A stretch of 64,000 nucleotides of DNA. Origin: Candidatus Omnitrophota bacterium (lineage in GTDB: Bacteria > Omnitrophota > Gorgyraeia > Duberdicusellales > 4484-171). Every line of letters begins with the position of its first letter. Position 1 is the first letter of the stretch. The notes under the pieces are model-generated. The model had not been told where the DNA came from, made no database searches, and saw nothing but the letters and a program-made list of their open reading frames with translations. A program made the position numbers and the translations under genes. Shown here piece by piece: positions 45,515-54,937 of the stretch. The stretch is from contig JAIPGM010000003.1 of assembly GCA_021735655.1 (NCBI GenBank), positions 64,001 to 128,000 of the forward strand. Direction: 5' to 3'.

Positions 45515-45683
45515 CAAAATACCTCCTTTTAAAGCATTGTATCATTGATTGAAAAAATTTTAAATTAGATTGATTGGTTATAATTTGTTATTTAGGATTA
45601 TAGGAAATGAGGATAGTTTTGACATTCTAGAGGAAAAGATTGAAAGTCTGCCAGTGATGCTGTATCCAGGAGGTTAGTTTATA

Positions 45684-45812
45684 TTATTCAACATCCCCTA
45701 TTTCAGCTATAGGATCATAATATTCTGATTCCACTTGGTTTGCTGAGGGCGTAGTTTTTTGCGAAGAACAGGCCATTGTCATAACTATAGCTAATAATAA
45801 AAATATTTTCAT
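45684..45812 (-). CDS. Candidate 42-aa micro-lipoprotein between the two pilin genes
   Basis: The RBS 'aggag' precedes the ATG. The ORF translates to 'MKIFLLLAIVMTMACSSQKTTPSANQVESEYYDPIAEIGDVE', a signal peptide with a lipobox-like 'TMAC'. It falls below the ORF-track length cutoff. Confidence 0.3.
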   Translation of the reverse strand: MKIFLLLAIVMTMACSSQKTTPSANQVESEYYDPIAEIGDVE

Positions 45813-45887
45813 CTTAACAATACTCCTGGTTAATTTTAAATAAAAATCCGATCAATTTTTTCGTTTTTAACTTAACTAATTAAAAAC

Positions 45888-46493
45888 CTAATCGGGATAA
45901 GTCTGAATGAACATGTCGTAAGAATAATATTGCTTCTGAGCAGCAGCATAATACCTTCTATGGCGACCGCTGTTATATACGCCGTCATCGGTTATTTCAT
46001 CTATTTTATCTAGAATTTTTTGAGGCATTCCACAAGTATTAGTCGCTGGCGAAACCGGAGAATAACAACGAAAGTAACGAGTATAACGCACACCTCTAGC
46101 CCAAGAGAGTGTAGTTCTGGCGTCATAGAGTAGATAATTAGTTCCACCCCAACGATTTAGAGCTGACATTTTTTCCATGTAAGGGCCTTCCCAGCCGAAC
46201 CACCCAGAAGCATTAGTCATTAAATTGCTGGGATCCCAGCCAGTATATTGAGTGTCGTCGAGCCTTGCGTAATTGTATCCAGTGGCTGGCATAGTGGCTC
46301 GCCATCCCGGAAAATGACCGGTATCTGCATATAAAGACATTATTGCTGTTTTAAGACTCTTTGCCTCAGCTATGTCAGCAGAGATTTTGGCCTTCTCAAT
46401 TGCTTTAAAAGCATTGGGTGCGATTATTGCAGCTAGAATGGCAATGATCGCGATAACTACGATTAGTTCAATAAGCGTAAATGACTTTTTCAT
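45888..46493 (-). CDS. Type IV pilin-like / pseudopilin paralog
   Basis: The first 33 codons and RBS are nucleotide-identical to the neighbouring pilin gene. The C-terminal globular domain diverges ('KISADIAEAKSLKTAIMSLYADTGHFPGW...'). The ATG is at 46493. Confidence 0.8.
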   Translation of the reverse strand: MKKSFTLIELIVVIAIIAILAAIIAPNAFKAIEKAKISADIAEAKSLKTAIMSLYADTGHFPGWRATMPATGYNYARLDDTQYTGWDPSNLMTNASGWFGWEGPYMEKMSALNRWGGTNYLLYDARTTLSWARGVRYTRYFRCYSPVSPATNTCGMPQKILDKIDEITDDGVYNSGRHRRYYAAAQKQYYSYDMFIQTYPD

Positions 46494-46506
46494 CAAAATA
46501 CCTCCT
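46393..46506. repeat. 114-bp segment 100% identical to 45414-45527 (pilin RBS + first ~33 codons)
   Basis: Direct comparison of the two loci shows identity over 'ttctcaattgctttaaaagcattgggtgcgattattgcagctagaatggcaatgatcgcgataactacgattagttcaataagcgtaaatgactttttcatcaaaatacctcct'. Flanking sequence is unrelated. Confidence 0.8.
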
Positions 46507-46550
46507 GTAAAAAAGTATATCATTAATTGGGGGTAATTTCAAATCGAAGT

Positions 46551-47312
46551 TCAAAGAATTATCTTTGTGGCAAAGACAATGTATCCGGTGTGTGAAGGCA
46601 TGCGTTGTTCGGGGCGAGTTTTTCCGCGTCGAACCAGAATTCTTCTTAAGAAAATCTCCATTGATTCGATGTTGATAAATCCTTTTTCTTCCAAAGTAAA
46701 CACGGTTTTAGTTAGCTGCTCAAAAGTTGGGCAAATTGTTGCTAGGCGCGCTCCGCCTTTTAAAGATTTATAAGCTGCATCGATTAAATCCCACTGGCTT
46801 CCAATGTCGATCATTATAAAATCAGCTTCTTTTTGTGGGAACTCATCACTGATCTCAGCATGATTAAATTCAACCCATTCAGCGAGTCCATTTTTTTCTA
46901 AGTTTTTTTTAGCATTTTTTAAAAATTCTTCACTTCGTTCATAACTGTGAACTTTCCCGTTTGGCCTAACGAAATTAGCTAAGGCGGTAGTTAAGGCTCC
47001 GCTACCAATTCCGCATTCAATTACCGTTGCTCCGGGAAAGATACAACTACGCATTAGAATCATTCCAATGTCTTTAGGATAGAGGATTTGAGTTTGTCGA
47101 CGGACTTTCATAATCATTTCATACATATAAGGACGGAGGATATAGAAGGAATGGTTAAGATTGGTTTCCACTTTTTCACCGAATTGCTTGCCGATTAAGT
47201 CAGATAGTTTAAGAAAACCCTTATCGGTATGAAGTGTTTTTTTGTCAATTCGAGTCAAAAAGTTTCTTTTTTCATCGTGGTAGAGAAATATCAGTTCATT
47301 TTCCTTAATCAT
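46551..47312 (-). CDS. trmI: tRNA (adenine-N1)-methyltransferase (TrmI/Gcd14 family)
   Basis: 'TQILYPKDIGMILMRSCIFPGATVIECGIGSGALTTALANFVRPNGKVHSYERSEEF' matches the GCD14 family. Confidence 0.8.
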   Translation of the reverse strand: MIKENELIFLYHDEKRNFLTRIDKKTLHTDKGFLKLSDLIGKQFGEKVETNLNHSFYILRPYMYEMIMKVRRQTQILYPKDIGMILMRSCIFPGATVIECGIGSGALTTALANFVRPNGKVHSYERSEEFLKNAKKNLEKNGLAEWVEFNHAEISDEFPQKEADFIMIDIGSQWDLIDAAYKSLKGGARLATICPTFEQLTKTVFTLEEKGFINIESMEIFLRRILVRRGKTRPEQRMPSHTGYIVFATKIIL

Positions 47313-47447
47313 AGTAAAACTATACCATTTTAGAAATATCTTGCAAGTAGATTCAGTTTATATTAAACTTAATGAGACTTGTGGCTTAGGAAATCAAGTA
47401 AATCTAAGTCATCCAGTCGAATATCCCCGTATGGGGAATAAATTATT

Positions 47448-48641
47448 ATGAAATATATTATTATTGTTCCTGACGGTGCAGCTGATGATCCCTTAGGAGC
47501 TCTTGGTGGCAAGACTCCTTTAGAGGTAGCTGATATCCCTTATATGGATTTATTGGCTAAGCAAGGGGTTCTTGGCAGAGTGAAAACTATTCCCCGAGGT
47601 TTTATTCCCTCAAGTGATGTGGCTAATCTTTCGCTTCTTGGTTATGACCCTAATCGTTATTATAGCGGAAGGGGCCCATTGGAAGCAGCTAACTTGGGAG
47701 TTACTTTAGCCGAGGAAGATTTAGCTTTTCGCTGCAATTTGGTTACTGAAGGAGAGGGTAAGCTTCTCGATTACAGCGCCGGTCATATTACTGACAAAGA
47801 AGCTAAAGTTCTCATCGAAACAATAAATGAGAAGTTAGGGACTAAAGATATCGAGTTCTTTTTTGGTACTAGCTATCGGAATCTTATGGTAATCCGTGGT
47901 GGTAAGGGTTTAGGCTTAGATAAGCTTAAGTATCACGCGCCTCACGATATCATGGGTAAGAATATATCTAAATATTTACCTAAGGGGAAAAATAGTTCAA
48001 CTTTAATTGATTTGATGAATCATTCTCAAGAGGTGTTAGCAAGTTGTGAGATAAATAAAGTAAGAATTGATTTGGGCGAAAGCCCGGCTAATATGATTTG
48101 GCTTTGGGGCTGTGGCGGTTCACCGACTATGCCGCCTTTTAAAGAATTATTCGGTATTAACGGTGCAGTAATTTCAGCAGTAGATTTAATAAAAGGCATT
48201 GGTAAGATTGTCGGTCTTCGGGTGCTTGATGTTGAAGGGGCCAATGGGTATTATGATACTAACTACTTGGGAAAGGCCCGAGCCGCTTTGAGTGCCCTTG
48301 AAACCCATGATTTTGTTTTTGTACATATAGAAGCCACTGATGAAGCAGGCCATAATCAAGATTTACGGATGAAGATAGCCTGTCTTGAACGTATAGATAA
48401 GATGGTTGTAGGAACTATTTTTGAGGAATTAAAGGATCAGGATTTTAGAATTTTAGTTACTCCTGACCACCCGACACCGATTGCTAAAAGAACCCATACC
48501 GACGAACCGGTTCCTTTTTTGATTTCCGGTACCGGAATTACAGCTGATAGTTTTTCTGCTTATTCAGAAGTTGAGGCTCAAGCCAGCTCTTTGTATTTTG
48601 ATAGTGGTGAAGCCTTAATGAGGCATTTTCTTGGTAGATGA
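47448..48641 (+). CDS. apgM: Cofactor-independent phosphoglycerate mutase, archaeal-type (ApgM family)
   Basis: 'MKYIIIVPDGAADDPL...GKTPLEVADIPYMDLLA' is the ApgM N-terminal signature. The protein is about 400 aa. Confidence 0.85.
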   Translation: MKYIIIVPDGAADDPLGALGGKTPLEVADIPYMDLLAKQGVLGRVKTIPRGFIPSSDVANLSLLGYDPNRYYSGRGPLEAANLGVTLAEEDLAFRCNLVTEGEGKLLDYSAGHITDKEAKVLIETINEKLGTKDIEFFFGTSYRNLMVIRGGKGLGLDKLKYHAPHDIMGKNISKYLPKGKNSSTLIDLMNHSQEVLASCEINKVRIDLGESPANMIWLWGCGGSPTMPPFKELFGINGAVISAVDLIKGIGKIVGLRVLDVEGANGYYDTNYLGKARAALSALETHDFVFVHIEATDEAGHNQDLRMKIACLERIDKMVVGTIFEELKDQDFRILVTPDHPTPIAKRTHTDEPVPFLISGTGITADSFSAYSEVEAQASSLYFDSGEALMRHFLGR

Positions 48642-50209
48642 GCACCTTAATTTTTATTGTAACCAGCTTAATTTTTTTAACTGCTTACTTTTCGTACGGA
48701 AAGTTTTTAAGTAAAACCCTAGGTATTGATGCTAAACGTAAGACCCCGGCTGATACTGCCTACGACGGAGTAGATTATGTTCCGGCTAGAAATTCGTTTA
48801 TTCTTTTTGGTCATCATTTTGCTTCTATCGCTGGAGCCGGACCAATAGTCGGACCGGTCTTTGCTTATATTTATTGGGGTTGGTTGGGTGCCTTGATTTG
48901 GATAGTTTTTGGTTCAATTTTTATCGGAGCGGTTCATGATTTTGTTTCACTTTTTATCTCGGTGCGTGAAGGTGGAGCGACTATCGGGCAAATTGCTGAG
49001 AAGTATATATCCCGGCGCGCGAGTATAGTTTTTTTAATCTTTTTATGGCTGGCTTTAATTTTAGTTATTGCCGTATTCGCTAAGTTTTGTGCCAGCAGTT
49101 TTATTAGTGAACCGAAAATAGTTTTTCCTTCTTTGGGCTTAATCCCGGTGGCAATCATAGTTGGGTTTTTAATTTATCAGAAGAAAGTTAATATTTTTGC
49201 AGCTACCGTAGTTGGATTAATAATGTTAACTTTTTTAATTATTCTTGGGAATAGTTTTCCTTTAGTTATCACCGGAGGCAATGCTTATATTATTTGGCTG
49301 GTTATTCTTTTTATTTATTCTTTTTTTGCTTCGATTTTTCCGGTGAATGTGCTTTTGCAGCCGCGGGATTATATTTCTAGTTTTTTGCTTTTTTTTGGAA
49401 TCGCGGTTGCCTTTGTGGGAATAGTTTTAAAACCATTACCTTTAGCTCCATCTCAGGTATTTAAATTTAGCAGTCCGATTGGTCCGATATTTCCGATGAT
49501 GTTTATTACTGTAGCTTGTGGGGCGATTTCCGGGTTTCATTCCTTAGTCTCTAGCGGTACAACTTCTAAACAGTTAGCCAAGGAGACTGATATTCAAAAA
49601 ATCGGCTACGGGGCAATGCTTCTGGAAGGTCTGCTTGCAGTGATTGCTTTAATTTGTGTTGCTTTTGGTTTGCGGAGCATACCTCAAGGCGAGCCTAATG
49701 TTATTGCGATGTTTGCTCAAGGATTTGGCCGGATTGTATTTTTCTTAGGAGATTATGCTAAGTTTATCGCTTTGGTTATCGTTAATGCTTTTATTTTGAC
49801 CACTTTAGACACGGCAACTAGAATTACTCGATTTTTGACTCAGGAACTTACTGGAATAGAGAACAAGTATCTGACTACTGGGATTGTAATAGCAGTTGCT
49901 GGGTATTTTTGTATAAGCGGGAGCTTCCAATTGCTCTGGCCAATGTTCGGGGCATCGAATCAATTAGTAGCTGGATTAGCCTTATTGGTTGCTAGTAGCT
50001 ATTTGCTTAAGCAAGGAAGAAATTATAAGATAACCTTGATTCCGGCGATAGCTATGTTTATAATAACCTTTGTGGCTCTTTCAGTGAAAGCCCAACAGTT
50101 TTTTAAGACTGGCAACTATTTATTGTTTAGCCTTAGCATTGTTTTGACTTTGTTGGGATTGTTTATTATTTATGAGTTTATAAAGAGGAAAAAAGAATAT
50201 GCCAAGTAA
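48638..50209 (+). CDS. cstA: Carbon starvation protein A family transporter
   Basis: 'TPADTAYDGVDYVPARNSFILFGHHFASIAGAGPIVGPVFA' aligns with the E. coli CstA N-terminal region. Confidence 0.8.
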   Translation: MSTLIFIVTSLIFLTAYFSYGKFLSKTLGIDAKRKTPADTAYDGVDYVPARNSFILFGHHFASIAGAGPIVGPVFAYIYWGWLGALIWIVFGSIFIGAVHDFVSLFISVREGGATIGQIAEKYISRRASIVFLIFLWLALILVIAVFAKFCASSFISEPKIVFPSLGLIPVAIIVGFLIYQKKVNIFAATVVGLIMLTFLIILGNSFPLVITGGNAYIIWLVILFIYSFFASIFPVNVLLQPRDYISSFLLFFGIAVAFVGIVLKPLPLAPSQVFKFSSPIGPIFPMMFITVACGAISGFHSLVSSGTTSKQLAKETDIQKIGYGAMLLEGLLAVIALICVAFGLRSIPQGEPNVIAMFAQGFGRIVFFLGDYAKFIALVIVNAFILTTLDTATRITRFLTQELTGIENKYLTTGIVIAVAGYFCISGSFQLLWPMFGASNQLVAGLALLVASSYLLKQGRNYKITLIPAIAMFIITFVALSVKAQQFFKTGNYLLFSLSIVLTLLGLFIIYEFIKRKKEYAK

Positions 50210-51431
50210 AAAGTTAATTGTTCAAAAATACGGTGGTTCCTCAGTAGCTACCCCTAAACATATTGAAAATGTTTCCAAGCGAGTTATTGCCTATGCTAAA
50301 AAGGGGAATAAGGTTGTAGTCATTGTTTCGGCGATGGGAGATACTACCGATGAGCTTATCAGCTTAGCTAAAAAGATTAATCCACATCCTTCAGAACGGG
50401 AGATGGATATGCTTGTGTCGACTGGTGAGCAAATTTCTTGTTCGCTCTTAGCTTTGGCAATTCATAAAAGGGGATTCGATGCGATATCTTTTACCGGGCC
50501 ACAAGTAGGCATAATTACCGATACTTATCATAGCCAGGCTAAAATTCTTAAAATTGAAACTGATCGAATAAAGAAAGAACTAACGAAAGGCAGAATTGTT
50601 ATTGTTGCCGGGTTCCAGGGTTTGAGCACTGCCTTAGAGATTACCACCTTGGGTCGTGGGGGTTCGGATTTAAGTGCCGTAGCTATGGCAGTTTCTTTAG
50701 GGGCAGATATTTGTGAGATTTATACTGATGTTGATGGAATTTACACTGCTGATCCAAGAATAGTAAAAAATGCCAGTAAATTAAAGGATATAACTTTTGA
50801 CGAAATGCTTGAGCTTGCTTCACTTGGAGCTCAGGTTATGCATACTCGAGCTGTTGAAGTAGCTAAGAAATTTAACATTCCTTTGCATGTGAGAAGCAGT
50901 TTTCTGAAAAAGGAGGGAACAACAATTATGAAGAATTCGCCAGGTATAGAGGATCCGGTAGTGCGCGGAGTGGCCCTTACCGAAAATGAAGCTAAGATTA
51001 CAATTTGCAATGTTCCTGATAAGCCGGGAGTTGCTGCTCGTTTATTTAAGGAGTTAGCTCGGAACAATGTTAATGTCGATATGATTGTTCAGAATGTTAG
51101 CCATAAGCGGACTACCGATATTTCTTTTACTGCACCAAAAAAGAATTTAACCAAAGCGCTTAAGATATCAAAGCAGCTGGCAAAAAAGATTGGTGCCAGA
51201 AGTGTGACATCCGATGAGACTATTGCTAAGGTTTCGGTGGTCGGGGTAGGTATGAAATCACACTCAGGAGTTGCTGCTAGGTGTTTTGAGGTTTTGGCTA
51301 AAAACAAGATCAATATTGATATGATTTCTACTTCCGAGATAAGTATTTCTTGTGTAGTTAAAAAAGGTTCTGGAAAGAGAGCCCTAAGGCTGCTTCATCA
51401 AGCCTTTAAATTAAGTAAAATAAAATCATGA
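50199..51431 (+). CDS. lysC: Aspartate kinase
   Basis: 'LIVQKYGGSSVATPKHIENVSKRV' is followed by two C-terminal ACT domains. Confidence 0.9.
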   Translation: MPSKKLIVQKYGGSSVATPKHIENVSKRVIAYAKKGNKVVVIVSAMGDTTDELISLAKKINPHPSEREMDMLVSTGEQISCSLLALAIHKRGFDAISFTGPQVGIITDTYHSQAKILKIETDRIKKELTKGRIVIVAGFQGLSTALEITTLGRGGSDLSAVAMAVSLGADICEIYTDVDGIYTADPRIVKNASKLKDITFDEMLELASLGAQVMHTRAVEVAKKFNIPLHVRSSFLKKEGTTIMKNSPGIEDPVVRGVALTENEAKITICNVPDKPGVAARLFKELARNNVNVDMIVQNVSHKRTTDISFTAPKKNLTKALKISKQLAKKIGARSVTSDETIAKVSVVGVGMKSHSGVAARCFEVLAKNKINIDMISTSEISISCVVKKGSGKRALRLLHQAFKLSKIKS

Positions 51432-53011
51432 ACAAGAAAAGAGTTTATATTTACGATACAACCTTAAGAGATGGTTCACAGACTGAAGGGATATCTTACT
51501 CAGCTCAGGATAAGATTAATATCGCCAAGAAGCTAGATGATTTTGGGGTTGATTTTATCGAGGGCGGTTGGCCCTTTTCAAACCCTAAGGATAAAGAACT
51601 TTTTGATTATTTTAAGAAGAATCCGTTGAAGAAAAGCAAGTTGGTTCCTTTTGGTTCAACTGCTCATCCGGCTCATCCGGCGAGTGAGGATGAAAATCTT
51701 CTTAGTTTAGTTTCCTCCGGCACTGAGTACGTTACTATTTTTGGAAAGACCTGGGATTTACACGTAAAAGAAGTTTTAAAGATAAAGCCAGAGGACAATT
51801 TAAGGATAATTTCTGACAGCGTTGCTTTTTTAAAGAAAAAAGGCAAACGGGTTTTCTATGATGCCGAACATTTCTTTGATGGCTATAAGAGCAACTCTAA
51901 ATATGCTTTAGAGACACTGGCCGTAGCAATAAAGGCCGGAGCTGAGCTAATTATTTTTTGTGATACTAACGGTGGGACTTTGCCTTGGGAAGTTAAAGAG
52001 ATCGCCGCTAAAGTTAAGGCTGATCTAGCTTTAGATAGCTTTGGGATCCATTGTCATAATGATTTAGGTCTAGCTGTTGCCAATTCGGTTTCTTCGGTTG
52101 ATCAAGGTTGCTGTCATATCCAGGGTACAATCAATGGTTATGGTGAGCGTTGCGGTAATGCGGATTTAATTTCGATCATGGGAATTTTACAGCTTAAGAT
52201 GGGGCAATCAGTAGTTTCGCCAAAAAAGATGGAAGGGTTAGTTCACCTTTCTCACTTTGTCAGCGAAGTGAGCAATATGGTCCATCGCGATAATCATCCT
52301 TTTATCGGAAGGAGCGCTTTCGCTCATAAAGGCGGAGTACATATTGATGCGGTAATAAAGAACCCTTTGGCCTATGAGCATCTTGAGCCTAAAAAAGTTG
52401 GCAATAAAAGTAGATTTGTAGTTTCCGAGTTGGCCGGAAAGTCCACCTTGGTGGTTAAGGCTAAGGAGTTAGATTTTGATTTAGATAAAAAATCAAAGCA
52501 AGCCAAAGATTTACATTCGTTAATTCAAAAATTAGAAAATCAAGGTTATCAATTTGAAGCTGCCGAAGCTTCTTTTAAGTTATTGCTTGAAAAAGAGCTT
52601 AAAAAATGTAAGAAGTTCTTTGATCTGGTAAGTTTCAAGACTGTAGTTGAAAAAAGAGAAGACGGTAAAATGGCTTCTGAGGCTACGATTAAATTAAAAA
52701 TTAAAGATAAGATGGAACAAGCTACTTCCGAAGGTGACGGTCCAGTTAATGCTTTAGATGCTGCTCTTCGCAAGGTCCTAGCTAAGTTTTATCCGACCCT
52801 TGCTTCGATGCATTTAACTGATTTTAAGGTGAGAGTCCTAGATGAAAAATCAGGTACGGCGGCCAAAGTAAGGGTGCTTATCCAATCTCAGGATGAAAAA
52901 GATAATTGGTCGACTATCGGAGTATCGGAAAATATCATCGAAGCCTCCTGGCAAGCCCTTTTGGATAGTGTGGAATATAAATTGCTGAAGGATACCAAGA
53001 AGCCCAGTTGA
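51428..53011 (+). CDS. cimA: (R)-citramalate synthase
   Basis: 'YDTTLRDGSQTEG' and the CimA-type 'IEGGWPFSNPKDKELF' are present. The 527-aa protein carries a LeuA-type dimerisation/regulatory C-terminus. Confidence 0.75.
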   Translation: MNKKRVYIYDTTLRDGSQTEGISYSAQDKINIAKKLDDFGVDFIEGGWPFSNPKDKELFDYFKKNPLKKSKLVPFGSTAHPAHPASEDENLLSLVSSGTEYVTIFGKTWDLHVKEVLKIKPEDNLRIISDSVAFLKKKGKRVFYDAEHFFDGYKSNSKYALETLAVAIKAGAELIIFCDTNGGTLPWEVKEIAAKVKADLALDSFGIHCHNDLGLAVANSVSSVDQGCCHIQGTINGYGERCGNADLISIMGILQLKMGQSVVSPKKMEGLVHLSHFVSEVSNMVHRDNHPFIGRSAFAHKGGVHIDAVIKNPLAYEHLEPKKVGNKSRFVVSELAGKSTLVVKAKELDFDLDKKSKQAKDLHSLIQKLENQGYQFEAAEASFKLLLEKELKKCKKFFDLVSFKTVVEKREDGKMASEATIKLKIKDKMEQATSEGDGPVNALDAALRKVLAKFYPTLASMHLTDFKVRVLDEKSGTAAKVRVLIQSQDEKDNWSTIGVSENIIEASWQALLDSVEYKLLKDTKKPS

Positions 53012-53033
53012 GGGTAGTTTCCAGCCAATATTT

Positions 53034-53092
53034 ACCTGCTTTAGCCTAGAAAATAACCTTTTAACAAGCAGGTCAATTTCATATTGTTTTTT
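53034..53092 (+). promoter_or_regulatory. Stem-loop + T-run between cimA and ilvB (possible attenuator/terminator; promoter-like 'gatataat' follows at ~53103)
   Basis: 'acctgctt' pairs with 'aagcaggt' across a 24-nt loop, then 'atattgttttttcag' follows. It is not a canonical intrinsic terminator. Confidence 0.25.
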
Positions 53093-53120
53093 CAGAAGCT
53101 AATGATATAATTTAAGGACT

Positions 53121-54797
53121 ATGAAAGGCGCTAAGATACTAATTGAAAGCTTACTTAAGGAGGGAGTTGAGGTAATTTTTGGCTACCCGGGAGGTTCAGT
53201 CATACCTTTGTTTGATTCTCTTTACGATTCTCCAATTAAGCTTATCGTTCCCCGCCATGAACAAGCTGGAGCTCATATGGCTGATGGTTATGCTCGTTCA
53301 ACCGGAAAGGTCGGAGTTTGCCTAGCAACTTCTGGGCCTGGGGCAACCAATCTAACTACTGGTATTGCCACCGCTCATATGGATTCAGTTTCAATGGTAG
53401 CTATCACTGGACAGGTAAAGAATTCTTTAATCGGTAACGATGCTTTTCAGGAAGCTGATGTTACTGGAATCACCCGTTCTATTTCCAAGCATAATTACTT
53501 AGTAAAAGACGTTAAGGATCTAGCTTATACAATAAAAGAGGCTTTTTACTTAGCTAGCAGCGGAAGGCCGGGGCCGGTTGTTATTGATCTTCCGGTAGAC
53601 GTTCAAATGCAAGATGCTAAGTTTGACTATTTTGATAAGATTGAAATAAGGAGCTATCGGCCTAGCCACTTCGGCCATGCCGGTCAAATAAAGAAAATTC
53701 TTAAGCTAATCTATAGTGCTAAAAAACCGGTTTTAATTACCGGAGGTGGAATTATTATCTCCGGAGCCAATCAGGAGCTTTTGCGGTTTGCTGAGAAAAC
53801 TAATATTCCGGTTACGACCACTTTTATGGGTTTGGGTGGTTTTCCTTCGACCCATAAGCTAGCCTTAGGTATGCCGGGGATGCATGGAACAGTTTATGCT
53901 AATATGGCTATCACTGAAAGTGATCTTTTAATTTCAGTGGGCAGCCGTTTTGACGACCGAGTTACCGGAAAGCTTTCTGAATTTGCACCGAAAGCCAAGA
54001 TAGTCCATATTGATATTGATCCGACTTCAATAAGCAAGAATATTAATGTTGATATTCCTGTAGTTGGCGATGCTAAAACAGTTCTTGAGCAGTTAATTGA
54101 AGAGTTAGATGAATCAAAACTTTCTAATTTAGATAGTTGGCATAAGAACATTGAAACTTGGAAGAAAAAGAATCCGCTTAAGTACAGCCAAGAAAAAACC
54201 GGAAAAATTAAACCTCAATATGTTATCGAGGAAATTTATAATCAGACTAAGGGCGGAGCGATAATCGTTACTGAGGTAGGCCAACATCAGATGTGGGCAG
54301 CCCAATTTTATAAATATGATTATCCGCGTAGCTTTTTATCAAGCGGTGGTCTGGGCACAATGGGTTATGGCTTTCCGGCAGCAATCGGAGCTAAAATAGC
54401 AAATTCTAATAAGGAAGTAATAGTTATTGCCGGAGACGGCTCTATTCAGATGAATATTCAGGAGTTAGCAACTTTGAGTGCTTATAACGTTAACATAAAG
54501 ATAATTATTCTAAATAATAATTATTTGGGTATGGTTAGGCAATGGCAGGAGCTTTTTTATGATCGTCGCTATTCGGGAACGCCTTTAAAAAACCCTGATT
54601 TTGTAAAGGTTGCCGAGGGTTATGGTATAAAAGGCATCAGGGTAAAAAAGCCCTCAGATGTAAAAAGTGCAGTAAAAGAAATTTTATCTTCAAAAAAACC
54701 AGTTTTGGCTGATTTTTGGATTGAAGAGGAAGAGAATGTTTTTCCAATGGTTCCGGCTGGTGAGGCTATTAATCGGATGATTGGAGGCATGGCATAG
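53121..54797 (+). CDS. ilvB: Acetolactate synthase (acetohydroxyacid synthase) large subunit
   Basis: It is a ThDP enzyme with 'GYPGGSVIPLFDSL' and the ThDP-binding 'GDGSIQMNIQEL'. Confidence 0.9.
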   Translation: MKGAKILIESLLKEGVEVIFGYPGGSVIPLFDSLYDSPIKLIVPRHEQAGAHMADGYARSTGKVGVCLATSGPGATNLTTGIATAHMDSVSMVAITGQVKNSLIGNDAFQEADVTGITRSISKHNYLVKDVKDLAYTIKEAFYLASSGRPGPVVIDLPVDVQMQDAKFDYFDKIEIRSYRPSHFGHAGQIKKILKLIYSAKKPVLITGGGIIISGANQELLRFAEKTNIPVTTTFMGLGGFPSTHKLALGMPGMHGTVYANMAITESDLLISVGSRFDDRVTGKLSEFAPKAKIVHIDIDPTSISKNINVDIPVVGDAKTVLEQLIEELDESKLSNLDSWHKNIETWKKKNPLKYSQEKTGKIKPQYVIEEIYNQTKGGAIIVTEVGQHQMWAAQFYKYDYPRSFLSSGGLGTMGYGFPAAIGAKIANSNKEVIVIAGDGSIQMNIQELATLSAYNVNIKIIILNNNYLGMVRQWQELFYDRRYSGTPLKNPDFVKVAEGYGIKGIRVKKPSDVKSAVKEILSSKKPVLADFWIEEEENVFPMVPAGEAINRMIGGMA

Positions 54798-54800
54798 AAA

Positions 54801-54923
54801 ATGAAAGATAGAAGAGAAGGGCCCAAAGAAAGAAGAAGAGAGGGCAAACCAAAGAAGTCGCGGAAGAAAGATAAACGGCTGACTAAGAAAGATCGAAGAA
54901 AGTTTAACATTCTTCACGTATAA
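54801..54923 (+). CDS. Candidate 40-aa highly basic small ORF between ilvB and ilvN (may be non-coding purine-rich spacer)
   Basis: It translates to 'MKDRREGPKERRREGKPKKSRKKDKRLTKKDRRKFNILHV'. It starts 4 nt after the ilvB stop. 'ggagg' lies 12 nt upstream, a suboptimal spacing. Confidence 0.2.
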   Translation: MKDRREGPKERRREGKPKKSRKKDKRLTKKDRRKFNILHV

Positions 54924-54937
54924 CTATTTATTAGGTA

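Noticed and set aside
54620-54917. Two overlapping minus-strand ORFs (96 and 75 aa) across the ilvB 3' end and ilvB-ilvN spacer
   Set aside because: They are antisense to ilvB and to the purine-rich spacer. Their pyrimidine-rich translations ('LSFFRDFFGLPSLLLSL') are an artefact of the AG-rich plus strand.
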